A stretch of DNA of 64,000 nucleotides from assembly GCA_031556815.1 (NCBI GenBank), contig JAVBSI010000024.1, positions 469 to 64,468 on the forward strand, in the 5' to 3' direction. The stretch comes from Eubacteriales bacterium (GTDB lineage: Bacteria > Bacillota > Clostridia > Christensenellales > Aristaeellaceae). Both the position numbers and the translations under genes were made by a program. Below, piece after piece: positions 57,063 through 64,000 of this stretch (its first letter is position 1; each line of letters starts with the position of its first letter). The notes under the pieces were generated by a model, which was not told where the DNA came from, made no database searches, and saw only the letters and a program-made list of their open reading frames with translations.

Positions 57063-57799
57063 GTCGCGGCCTCCATCCTGGCTCGAAGCTGTTCCGCCGC
57101 CCCAATCAAAAACGCCCGGTTGGTGAGTTTCCCTCGCTCCGGGTCTACCGTCATGCCAAAATACCGCTCAATCCCCCGGATACTACCCCGGGTGAACACC
57201 TCCTCCACCGCATGGCGTACACAACGCTCCACCGCGGCGGAGGTCGTCCCATAAGCGGCTGCGCAGGCTGGATAGAGTGCGGCCGTTATTCCATGCTCCA
57301 ACAAAGGAGAAGGAATAATATGGTCCAGCAGCCAGGTGATGTACCGCTTTCCCTTTAATGAATCCCGCAGTTTGAGGTCACGTAGCAATTCCTCGATCAT
57401 GGTGAGCCGAATCTCTTGGGTGGCTGCCGCCAACATGGGCACAGGTTTCGTGGACAAGATTTGTAACAGCGCCGCGATCTGGTGAGGCTGCGCCATCAGC
57501 GGTGCCACACAATCTGCCCGCAAGGCAGAGCGATTGTAAAACTCCAACTGGCTTAAGATCAACACCCGGGGCGGGCAGGGCATCTTCAGACCCCAGAGGG
57601 TATCCAGCACCCTATGGCCGTCGGTCTTGGGCAGGCAGCCGTCCAAAACCAGCAGATCAAACCGTTCCCGTCTCAGTTTTTGAAGGGCTTCTTGCCCGTC
57701 TTTAGCCGACGCCACGTCCCAAGCCGTGGAAGCAATCTGTAGACATTCCTCCGTGATACGGGCCTTTCTGTCCTGTAACAAGGCCATCAGCAGACGCAT
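56987..57799 (-). CDS. spo0A: Spo0A-type response regulator (receiver plus Spo0A_C DNA-binding domain)
   Basis: The C-terminal half aligns by eye with B. subtilis Spo0A_C (ITAALYPACAAAYGTTSAAVERCVRHAVEEVF.RG....IERYFG.TVDPERGKLTNRAFLIGAAEQL). The N-terminal receiver has the phospho-Asp context DLLVLDGCLPKTDG. GGGGGTGGA RBS. Confidence 0.75.
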   Translation of the reverse strand: MRLLMALLQDRKARITEECLQIASTAWDVASAKDGQEALQKLRRERFDLLVLDGCLPKTDGHRVLDTLWGLKMPCPPRVLILSQLEFYNRSALRADCVAPLMAQPHQIAALLQILSTKPVPMLAAATQEIRLTMIEELLRDLKLRDSLKGKRYITWLLDHIIPSPLLEHGITAALYPACAAAYGTTSAAVERCVRHAVEEVFTRGSIRGIERYFGMTVDPERGKLTNRAFLIGAAEQLRARMEAATYSLTLARSPKSMEIHQSPAAPTSV

Positions 57800-57819
57800 T
57801 TATCCACCCCCATTCCCCG

Positions 57820-57851
57820 CAAAGCATCCTATCGATTGATAGGATGCTTTG
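57820..57851. promoter_or_regulatory. Perfect 14-bp inverted repeat (hairpin or operator) in the spo0A-like leader
   Basis: CAAAGCATCCTATC-GATT-GATAGGATGCTTTG, ending 20 nt upstream of the spo0A-like ATG. No U-run on either strand. Confidence 0.5.
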
Positions 57852-58062
57852 ACTTTGTACGGTTGGATTCCTGCCGCCTTCAGGGTGAAATGATTGTCAA
57901 ATCATGTCATTGCCCATCTTCTTTTCCCCCATTTCCTACCATTTTTCTCTCCAAATGGGACTGTCTTCTCTTTTCTGTCATTTTTTGATAGCAATTTAGT
58001 AAGGAATATCGTATACTAAAGATGCATCCAATACTTTGGTTGCGACACAAAGGAGGGTATTT

Positions 58063-58254
58063 ATGCAGCAGCCTCTGAACCAGCCCCCGCAAAATGAAAG
58101 ACCACGCCGCCGCAGAGGATCCTTTGGTCGCTTCTTCCGGGGTTATTTGATGTTGGTAGGCGCAGGCACCACCCTGTATGTGTTAATCCAGCTTTTGGTT
58201 CTTTTGTTTGTTGAGATCCAAAAATGGATGGGGCCGGCGGCTCCGATTCCTTAA
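58063..58254 (+). CDS. Small membrane protein with an Arg-rich N-terminus, hypothetical
   Basis: 63 aa; ...ERPRRRRGSFGRFFRG then the TM YLMLVGAGTTLYVLIQLLVLLFV. AAAGGAGGG RBS. Lies 13 nt upstream of the DUF4230 gene. Confidence 0.45.
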   Translation: MQQPLNQPPQNERPRRRRGSFGRFFRGYLMLVGAGTTLYVLIQLLVLLFVEIQKWMGPAAPIP

Positions 58255-58267
58255 GAAAGGGGGTTCT

Positions 58268-59005
58268 ATGAAACTGATGCGAAAAATAAGCGCGTTTTTC
58301 AAAGCCTTGTTTTGGATCTTTTTATGTGCGGTGCTTGTTTTTGTGGGCATCCGCTTTGGTCCCACCTTGTATTACCGTTTCTTCGGTAGCGGCAATACCC
58401 AGTGGATCAGTGAGCAGTTTAGCGAACAGCTTAAGGAAAAGAATGAATTGGTTGTCTATGAAACCACCCTGGAAGGGCAGGAGACCATTTCCCAGGAAGC
58501 TTGGCTGCTGGGCAAGGTACAGGAGGTCGTGGTGCCCTATTCCTACTCTATCAGCTTTGTGATTGACTTGCAGCACAGCAGCGTTACGGTTGACCCCGAT
58601 ACCAACAGCATTCAGGTTCACCTGCCATTACCTAAAGCATCGTATTCCAAGCTGACAGTTGATGAAGCCAATATGAAAAAGCACGACTGGCTCTATCCTC
58701 TCACGCCTGAGCGATATGCCTCCATCAAGACAGAAATTGAAAACAAGCGTTTCAAGGAGTGCTCTGAAAATCCAGCCTATCTGGATGCCGCCTGGGCTAC
58801 CGCCGTCAAAAACATGGAGTCCCTCTTTAAGTCTGTGGCTGAGCAGTCCGAACAGGGGATGACCTGTGCCATCGTAGTGATCCAGGACGATACCCCTCCC
58901 GCCAGCGACCCGCTCACAGACGCTGGGTTGACGTCTACACCTGTGGCGCCATCCGCATCCCAAGCTGTCACTTTACCTGTGATTACGTCTACGCCAGTAC
59001 AATAG
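58268..59005 (+). CDS. DUF4230-like membrane-anchored protein
   Basis: 245 aa from MKLMRKISAFF...; an N-terminal TM, then the pattern ...ELVVYETTLEGQE...VVPYSYSISFVIDL...I.V.LP.P resembling DUF4230; Thr/Pro/Ser-rich tail. Confidence 0.6.
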   Translation: MKLMRKISAFFKALFWIFLCAVLVFVGIRFGPTLYYRFFGSGNTQWISEQFSEQLKEKNELVVYETTLEGQETISQEAWLLGKVQEVVVPYSYSISFVIDLQHSSVTVDPDTNSIQVHLPLPKASYSKLTVDEANMKKHDWLYPLTPERYASIKTEIENKRFKECSENPAYLDAAWATAVKNMESLFKSVAEQSEQGMTCAIVVIQDDTPPASDPLTDAGLTSTPVAPSASQAVTLPVITSTPVQ

Positions 59006-59033
59006 ATGATGCGAAGCAACTGAATATGCAATC

Positions 59034-59064
59034 AAATCGGCTCCCCGAGGGAGCTGATTTTTAA
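59034..59064. terminator. Bidirectional intrinsic terminator
   Basis: AAATCGGCTCCC-CGA-GGGAGCTGATTT (one G-U pair) flanked by T-runs on both strands. Lies between the convergent DUF4230 gene and the small minus-strand ORF. Confidence 0.7.
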
Positions 59065-59090
59065 TATTGTTTGTGTTGTTTCTAAGCCGT

Positions 59091-59264
59091 TCACGGCCCT
59101 GGTTCTTTCCGAGTAGGCAGGGGAGGATGCACCACCAGCAAATTCGCATAGGCCTCCGCTTCATCGGTCGTTCCCACCACCGCGGGGATCAATCCAGTAC
59201 ACTCCGTGGCTGCGGTTATATTGTTTAGCTCCACCTCTGGTGGGTTGTGTAACTCCTTGCGCAT
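59091..59264 (-). CDS. Small hypothetical protein (57 aa)
   Basis: MRKELHNPPEVELNNITAATECTGLIPAVVGTTDEAEAYANLLVVHPPLPTRKEPGP. It is the only sizeable ORF in a 360-nt gap and has its own downstream terminator. The RBS is weak (alternative TTG at 59279 after GGGGGAAGG). No family recognised. Confidence 0.35.
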   Translation of the reverse strand: MRKELHNPPEVELNNITAATECTGLIPAVVGTTDEAEAYANLLVVHPPLPTRKEPGP

Positions 59265-59369
59265 GCTTCCACTTTCCAACCTGCCTTCCCCCTTTTTCAA
59301 CCCTTGATCATGAGGACAGTTTGCCTCAAAACCAAGGAAGTCATGCGGAAAGAAAGTGGACAAGCTGGG

Positions 59370-60800
59370 TCAAAGCAAGCGGGTGCCTTTCAGTTGGGGC
59401 GGCATAGATGCGCCACCCCTGCGACGTCGACGGCGGCTGGAACTGACCGCGGCTGGAGCGTTGGGGGCTCCTTTGGCGTTTTCTTGCTTGGACGATGGCT
59501 GGGGCTGATTGCGCTGTACCTGCCGTGGAGGAAGCTGCCCCTGTTGTGTGGGCTTTGGGCCTTGCTCCTGCTTGGGTTGTTGGCGCATCGGCTGGTTTCC
59601 CCTGCTTTGCCTGTCCGCTCTGGGCGGTCTTGGCGGCCTGGGTTGCTTGACCGTTTCGGTAAAAATCTGCATAGGCCATTGGCTTTCTTGACGGGGAATG
59701 GCAAAACCGATAAGCTTTTCGATGGCCTGCAAATCCTTGAGTTCATCATAGCAGCAAAAGCTAATGGCGCTGCCCGCCAGCCCTGCGCGGCCTGTGCGTC
59801 CGATCCGATGCACATAGGCTTCCGGTTCATTGGGCAGATCGTGATTGATTACATGGGAGAGACCGGCAATATCGATGCCCCTGGCCGCGATATCCGTGGC
59901 AATCAATACGGCGATCTTTCCATCCTTAAAGTCGCCCAGGGCTTCTTGACGCGCATTTTGACTCTTGTCGCCATGGATGGCCTTGGAGGCGATGCCGGCC
60001 TTGTGCAGTTCACGCACCACTCGGTCCGCACCGTGCTTGGTACGGGTAAATACCAGCGCGTTTACCACCTCCGGCCGGCGCAACAGGCTGGCAAGCAGGT
60101 TCTTTTTGTTAGCCTTATCCACCATATAGAGGGTTTGATCAATGCTATCCACGGTGCTAGACACCGGGTCTACCTTCACGCTGGCCGGATCATGCAATAT
60201 GCTCATGGCCAGCTTTTCCACATCACCGGGCATGGTAGCGGAAAAAAACAAGGTCTGCCGCTTGGCGGGCAACAGTTTGATCACCTTGCGCACATCATGG
60301 ATAAACCCCATATCCAGCATCCGGTCCGCCTCATCCAGCACGAAAATCTCCAGGCTGCCAAGGCCGATGTACCCCTGCCCGATCAGGTCATTCAAGCGGC
60401 CCGGCGTCGCCACCAGGATATCTACACCTCGCGTTAGCTGTTCTACCTGTGGCTTTTGATTCACTCCACCAAAGATCACACAGCTTCGCAAGGATAGCCC
60501 CTTGCCATAGTCCTGAAAATTTTCAAAAATCTGAAGCGCCAACTCCCGGGTGGGGGTCAAAACCAGCGCACGGATAGGCCTTCGGCCCTGGGCATTCTGC
60601 CTGTCTTGCCACAGCCGCTGCAAAATGGGCAATGCAAATGCAGCGGTCTTACCAGTGCCGGTTTGGGCGCAACCCAGCACGTCCCTCCCGGCCAGCACAA
60701 TGGGGATGGTCTCCCGTTGGATGGGGGTGGGCTCCTGATAGCCATACGCCTGAACCGCGTTCAGCAGCGCAGGCATCAGGCCAGTTTGATCAAAATTCAT
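59370..60800 (-). CDS. DEAD-box ATP-dependent RNA helicase (RhlE-like) with a basic Arg/Pro/Gln-rich tail
   Basis: 476 aa; Q motif, AQTGTGKT, DEAD, SAT, HRIGRTGRAG, and a low-complexity C-terminal tail of about 110 aa. Confidence 0.9.
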   Translation of the reverse strand: MNFDQTGLMPALLNAVQAYGYQEPTPIQRETIPIVLAGRDVLGCAQTGTGKTAAFALPILQRLWQDRQNAQGRRPIRALVLTPTRELALQIFENFQDYGKGLSLRSCVIFGGVNQKPQVEQLTRGVDILVATPGRLNDLIGQGYIGLGSLEIFVLDEADRMLDMGFIHDVRKVIKLLPAKRQTLFFSATMPGDVEKLAMSILHDPASVKVDPVSSTVDSIDQTLYMVDKANKKNLLASLLRRPEVVNALVFTRTKHGADRVVRELHKAGIASKAIHGDKSQNARQEALGDFKDGKIAVLIATDIAARGIDIAGLSHVINHDLPNEPEAYVHRIGRTGRAGLAGSAISFCCYDELKDLQAIEKLIGFAIPRQESQWPMQIFTETVKQPRPPRPPRADRQSRGNQPMRQQPKQEQGPKPTQQGQLPPRQVQRNQPQPSSKQENAKGAPNAPAAVSSSRRRRRRGGASMPPQLKGTRLL

Positions 60801-60866
60801 AGCGTCATCCTATCTTTGTCTTGCATCCGGCACCCAGCATACCACAGCCCATGGTTTTGAGCAAGC

Positions 60867-60902
60867 AAAAACCCGGGCGGTGCATCATCCTTTTCGCCCG
60901 GG
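60867..60902 (-). terminator. Intrinsic terminator after nadR
   Basis: CCCGGGCG-15 nt-CGCCCGGG with a U5 run on the minus strand. Confidence 0.75.
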
Positions 60903-60950
60903 TCGCTGGGCTTCTTGTCTTAAACGCGGCTTCCACGAAAGGCTCCTGGA

Positions 60951-61994
60951 CTATCGGTCGCTGCCCCGTAACAGCTCATCCACAAGCTCGATGGCTTTGG
61001 TGAGGCGCTCATTGTAATTTCCATCCACCACCACCAGCTTATCCCCAACCCCGTGGGCCTTATACATACCCCGGAGCTTATCGCTGAGCTTCATGCGTTC
61101 TTGCTGGTCTCCGTGTCGCCGCTGCCCGTCGGAAATCCACTTCACATCGGGAAGCAAGTATAGTAACACATCATAGCGGCCGGGATCGATATAGGCTTCC
61201 ACCAAAGGGTTGCGATGGCCCATGTACAGCTCGCTGAAATAATCCGTATAGGTGGCGTCCGTATCAAAAAAGCATACCTTGTTGGCGGAACGGAGGGCCT
61301 GGTAGTCCTGCTCATACTGCAAATGCGCGATGCGGCCAAAGTCCGTATCCGTATAAATGCTCTCGTCATTTCCTAGATAATTCCGGGCATAATAACGGCC
61401 TACCTCCTCCGACCAAGAGGTATTGTATAGCTTTGCAAGGCACTTGGTAAGCGTTGTCTTGCCACAGCTTTCTGTACCTGCGATGAGCACCTTTTTGGCG
61501 AAGAAGGGGCGGGCGGAACCCAAAATGTAATGCCAGTTCCCCAGGATGTCGTTACGGATATCTGTAGCGGAAATGGGGTAACGGGTACGGGATGGATCAA
61601 ATAGCTCCACCTTTGCCTCGGAAAAATACTTTTGCAACGTATGCTCATAATCCGTATCTCCCACGAAAAAAGCGTCGATGGGCTCATGGACAACGATTCG
61701 CATCCGCTGACTCCATTCCTTCCAGCCCTTAGGGTATTCGGGGATGTCCGTTTCATCCAAAACCCGCACCTGAATATGTTCCATATCCTGTACCTGCTGG
61801 GAAATCCATTGCTTGCGCAGTTGGTAAGATATGTAGGGCATGTTCGCGTCAGCGCAAATTTGACGTGTCTGATTGGCGTTGTCAGAGATCACCACAATCA
61901 GCTTCTCGCATTGTGTGGAAGCCTCAATCATCTGATACAAATGACCTCTATGCGGCGGGCAGAATCGGCCAAAATACACCCCGAGTTTATACAT
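60951..61994 (-). CDS. nadR: NadR-type bifunctional NMN adenylyltransferase / ribosylnicotinamide kinase (no N-terminal HTH)
   Basis: GRFCPPHRGH (H/TxGH nucleotidyltransferase motif) and the later Walker A GTESCGKTT. Met at 61994 follows AAAGGAGAGGG; the ORF track start 62060 would add 22 aa. Confidence 0.8.
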   Translation of the reverse strand: MYKLGVYFGRFCPPHRGHLYQMIEASTQCEKLIVVISDNANQTRQICADANMPYISYQLRKQWISQQVQDMEHIQVRVLDETDIPEYPKGWKEWSQRMRIVVHEPIDAFFVGDTDYEHTLQKYFSEAKVELFDPSRTRYPISATDIRNDILGNWHYILGSARPFFAKKVLIAGTESCGKTTLTKCLAKLYNTSWSEEVGRYYARNYLGNDESIYTDTDFGRIAHLQYEQDYQALRSANKVCFFDTDATYTDYFSELYMGHRNPLVEAYIDPGRYDVLLYLLPDVKWISDGQRRHGDQQERMKLSDKLRGMYKAHGVGDKLVVVDGNYNERLTKAIELVDELLRGSDR

Positions 61995-62153
61995 GCTTCC
62001 CTCTCCTTTGCCAATGACAGCCGCGGCTTGTCCCTCCTTCATTTCTACATTCTTCGCCATACTTCCTTCCCTCCCCGCCCGATCCTCCCATTTTCATTTT
62101 GGCAATTGTATGGTATGCTATGCGGGCAATCGCTGCTTGTGGGAGGAATGGAT

Positions 62154-63170
62154 ATGGAGCGCCACGGAAAGGCCAAATGGTTAATTGCCGCCATCTGTGC
62201 GGTTTTGTTTCTCCTGATTGCCCTTTTGCTCCCCCAGATCGCCCCCGTCGATCAGGTGGTCTACCGGCTTGTGTCCGGACTCATATCCCCCTTTGCCACA
62301 GGTTTCTTTATGTTTTTCACCGGCCTGGCCAGCACGCTTCCCCTGTTGCTCCTCTGCTTTGCCCTGGTACTCTGGTATCCGCATAAGGAGTATCGGGTGC
62401 CGCTGCTATTGAACCTGATGCTGGCAGTCCTGCTTAACATTGCGCTCAAGGATCTTGTTGGCCGCCCTCGACCCATAGATGTATCCTTGCTTGCGTCAGC
62501 GGGCGGGTATAGCTTTCCCAGCGGGCATACCATGTCCGCCGCTTGCCTCTATGGGTTTTTGATGTATCTGGCGCTGCACTCCAACCTATCCAATGGAAAA
62601 AAACGGCTGGTCATTACAACGCTTTCCATCGTGATCTTCCTGGTGGGGCTCAGCCGGATCTATCTTGGCGTGCACTACTTTTCTGACGTGCTGGCCGCTA
62701 TTTTCATATCTGTGTTTTATCTCATCGTATTTACCGCTTTTGTGAACCGTTATTTTGCCCACCACAACTCCCGGGAAAAAGAGTATACCCTTCCGCAAAG
62801 GGCAAAATTTCTATCCAGTTTTCATTTTGCTTTAGAGGGGATCGCCAGCGGACTGAAAGCCGAGCGAAACATGATCGTTCATTTTGGCATTATGACCCTG
62901 GTGGTGGTCTTTGGCGGTTTGCTGGGTCTTAGCAAATTGGAATGGATCCTGTGCATCCTGCTCTTCGGCCTTGTTTTTATGGCGGAATTGTTCAACACCT
63001 CCATTGAGGCTGTGGTGGATAAGGTTTCTCCAGAGGTGCACCCCCAAGCCAAACTGGCCAAAGACACCGCCGCCGGCGCAGTGCTTGTAATCTGCACAGC
63101 TGCCGCGTTGGTCGGCGCTTTCATCTTTATGCCCAAAATATGGGCTGTGCTTCTAAGCTCTTTCCATTAA
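62154..63170 (+). CDS. Fusion protein: PAP2 lipid phosphate phosphatase plus DgkA-type (diacylglycerol/undecaprenol) kinase
   Basis: PAP2 motifs KDLVGRPRP, PSGH and SRIYLGVHYFSDV are followed by a DgkA-like domain (AERNM..H......V......EW......G.V...ELFNTSIEAVVD...PE.H..AK.AKD.AAGAVL). ATG at 62154 lies 7 nt after GGGAGG; the ORF track start 61632 is antisense to nadR. Confidence 0.8.
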   Translation: MERHGKAKWLIAAICAVLFLLIALLLPQIAPVDQVVYRLVSGLISPFATGFFMFFTGLASTLPLLLLCFALVLWYPHKEYRVPLLLNLMLAVLLNIALKDLVGRPRPIDVSLLASAGGYSFPSGHTMSAACLYGFLMYLALHSNLSNGKKRLVITTLSIVIFLVGLSRIYLGVHYFSDVLAAIFISVFYLIVFTAFVNRYFAHHNSREKEYTLPQRAKFLSSFHFALEGIASGLKAERNMIVHFGIMTLVVVFGGLLGLSKLEWILCILLFGLVFMAELFNTSIEAVVDKVSPEVHPQAKLAKDTAAGAVLVICTAAALVGAFIFMPKIWAVLLSSFH

Positions 63171-63368
63171 GAGAAACGGCACTAGGGAAGGGCCGCCGAC
63201 GGCATAGGGCTGTTGCCCTTAAGAATCCGTTTATTGAACTGTCAATCAAATAGGCATTTTATTAAGTGGGTGCAGCGCGGAGCCATGGTGGGATCCAGGG
63301 GCTAAAGCTCTGCAAAAAGGCTTTTTGACAAGCTAAGGCCAGCTGTTGCAACTGACCTTGCTCCTTTT

Positions 63369-64000
63369 TTATTGTTTTCTTTTTCGCTGGGCTTCCAGCA
63401 GCTTGCTGGCCGTTTCCATGGCGGTTCTTGCGTCCTGCTCCTTTTTTTGCTTGACGGTCATATGAGTCGCGATCTTTGCGGGCTGTTCCACCTTCCGCGC
63501 TGCCTTTTGCGCCCTTTCTTCCCTGTGTTCTTTCCCCTGACGGAGCCACTTTTCCACCGCCGCTTCCCAGGACAGTTTCCGCAAAGCGATGTCCAGCAGC
63601 AGCAGGATAAGCGCCATCACACAAAGCAGCGTGGTGATTTGCCTGTGGGTGGTGGCCCGATGGCGCTGGGTGGAAAGCAGCGGGTCCTGATCCCCTAACA
63701 TCCTGCCACCGGTGGTCTGTGCCAGCCCCTCCAAAACCCCTTGTTCCCCTTGGCTACGCAGGTCATATTCCTCCGCGAAGCTCACCACTGTGCCGCCTTC
63801 TTTCGCCCGAAGCAACTCCTCCCCAAGGGTCTGCTCCACGCGCAAGGCATAAGCGCCTTGGCCTTCAGCGGCAAAACTTCCCTCATACACGCCCGCCTCG
63901 GTTTGGGTTAGCGGAACGCTGGTTTGGGTGCCGTCCGGCAGCAAAATGCTGGCCTGGGTCTTGGTTCCCTCCTGGGTTGGGCTGCCCTCTGACAGCATAT
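63369..64000 (-). CDS. C-terminal part of a larger hypothetical membrane-anchored protein (5' end outside the window)
   Basis: The ORF is open to the window edge. A beta-rich segment is followed by the TM ITTLLCVMALILLLLDIAL and a Lys/Glu/Arg-rich tail. No family assigned. Confidence 0.5.
   Translation of the reverse strand, partial: MLSEGSPTQEGTKTQASILLPDGTQTSVPLTQTEAGVYEGSFAAEGQGAYALRVEQTLGEELLRAKEGGTVVSFAEEYDLRSQGEQGVLEGLAQTTGGRMLGDQDPLLSTQRHRATTHRQITTLLCVMALILLLLDIALRKLSWEAAVEKWLRQGKEHREERAQKAARKVEQPAKIATHMTVKQKKEQDARTAMETASKLLEAQRKRKQ

Noticed and set aside
57852-57960. SigH-type or 0A-box control of the spo0A-like gene (AGGAAT -35-like element; TGTCAAA/TGTCATT motifs)
   Set aside because: AGGAAT is not followed by a GAAT -10 at the required spacing. 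The 0A-like heptamers each deviate from TGNCGAA. This is too weak to call without a matrix scan.
61632-62153. 5' 174 codons of the 512-aa ORF leading into the PAP2-DgkA gene
   Set aside because: Antisense to nadR. The membrane protein begins at 62154, behind GGGAGG.

Overview
The window reads as a chromosomal core segment of a GC-rich, low-G+C-type-RBS (GGAGG) Gram-positive bacterium. It looks like Clostridia/Oscillospiraceae, judged from the CtsR-McsA-McsB-ClpC operon, a Spo0A-type regulator, MrfAB and the gene order. I support about 60 protein genes, one tRNA-Trp, a small SRP RNA that the ORF track cannot show, a yybP-ykoY Mn2+ riboswitch in front of mntP, a CtsR operator, and a set of intrinsic terminators and sigma-70-like promoters.

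Gene content in order:
- A membrane protein, yraN and glyA, then the SRP RNA (ffs).
- An Fe-S aldo/keto reductase with CapE/FnlA-like and 2-epimerase sugar-nucleotide genes.
- mntP, then pgmB-tldD-pmbA.
- ctsR-mcsA-mcsB-clpC.
- mrfA-mrfB followed by a TPR protein.
- A PuuR-like regulator with potABCD, a PuuD-like amidohydrolase and a DUF296 protein.
- tRNA-Trp, a ferredoxin and a heterodimeric ABC exporter.
- A LacI regulator divergent from a Gfo/Idh/MocA oxidoreductase, then a BIG2 surface protein.
- oppBCDF-A and an acyltransferase-3 protein.
- A complete F1Fo ATP synthase operon.
- rpsF-ssb-rpsR.
- A CofE-like protein, two DEAD-box helicases, a Cys-rich protein, a DUF378 protein, a Spo0A-like regulator and a DUF4230 pair.
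- nadR and a PAP2-DgkA fusion.

I saw no transposase, integrase, phage, CRISPR or recognisable defence-island hallmarks, and I cannot honestly point to one compelling new multi-gene system. The best leads for a second look are:
- (i) the CapE/2-epimerase pair, which lacks the canonical reductase and is coupled to an Fe-S aldo/keto reductase;
- (ii) an ATP synthase delta subunit reduced to its C-terminal domain;
- (iii) a Spo0A-type regulator with a partly degenerate receiver, a perfect 14-bp leader hairpin and a 3' overlap with a convergent gene;
- (iv) a 23-Cys cytoplasmic protein of unknown family;
- (v) a PAP2-DgkA fusion;
- (vi) small orphan genes around 58.0-59.3 kb.

All homology statements come from reading the translations and from memory of family motifs; no searches were run. 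Hand-counted coordinates of RNA and regulatory elements may be off by a few nt.
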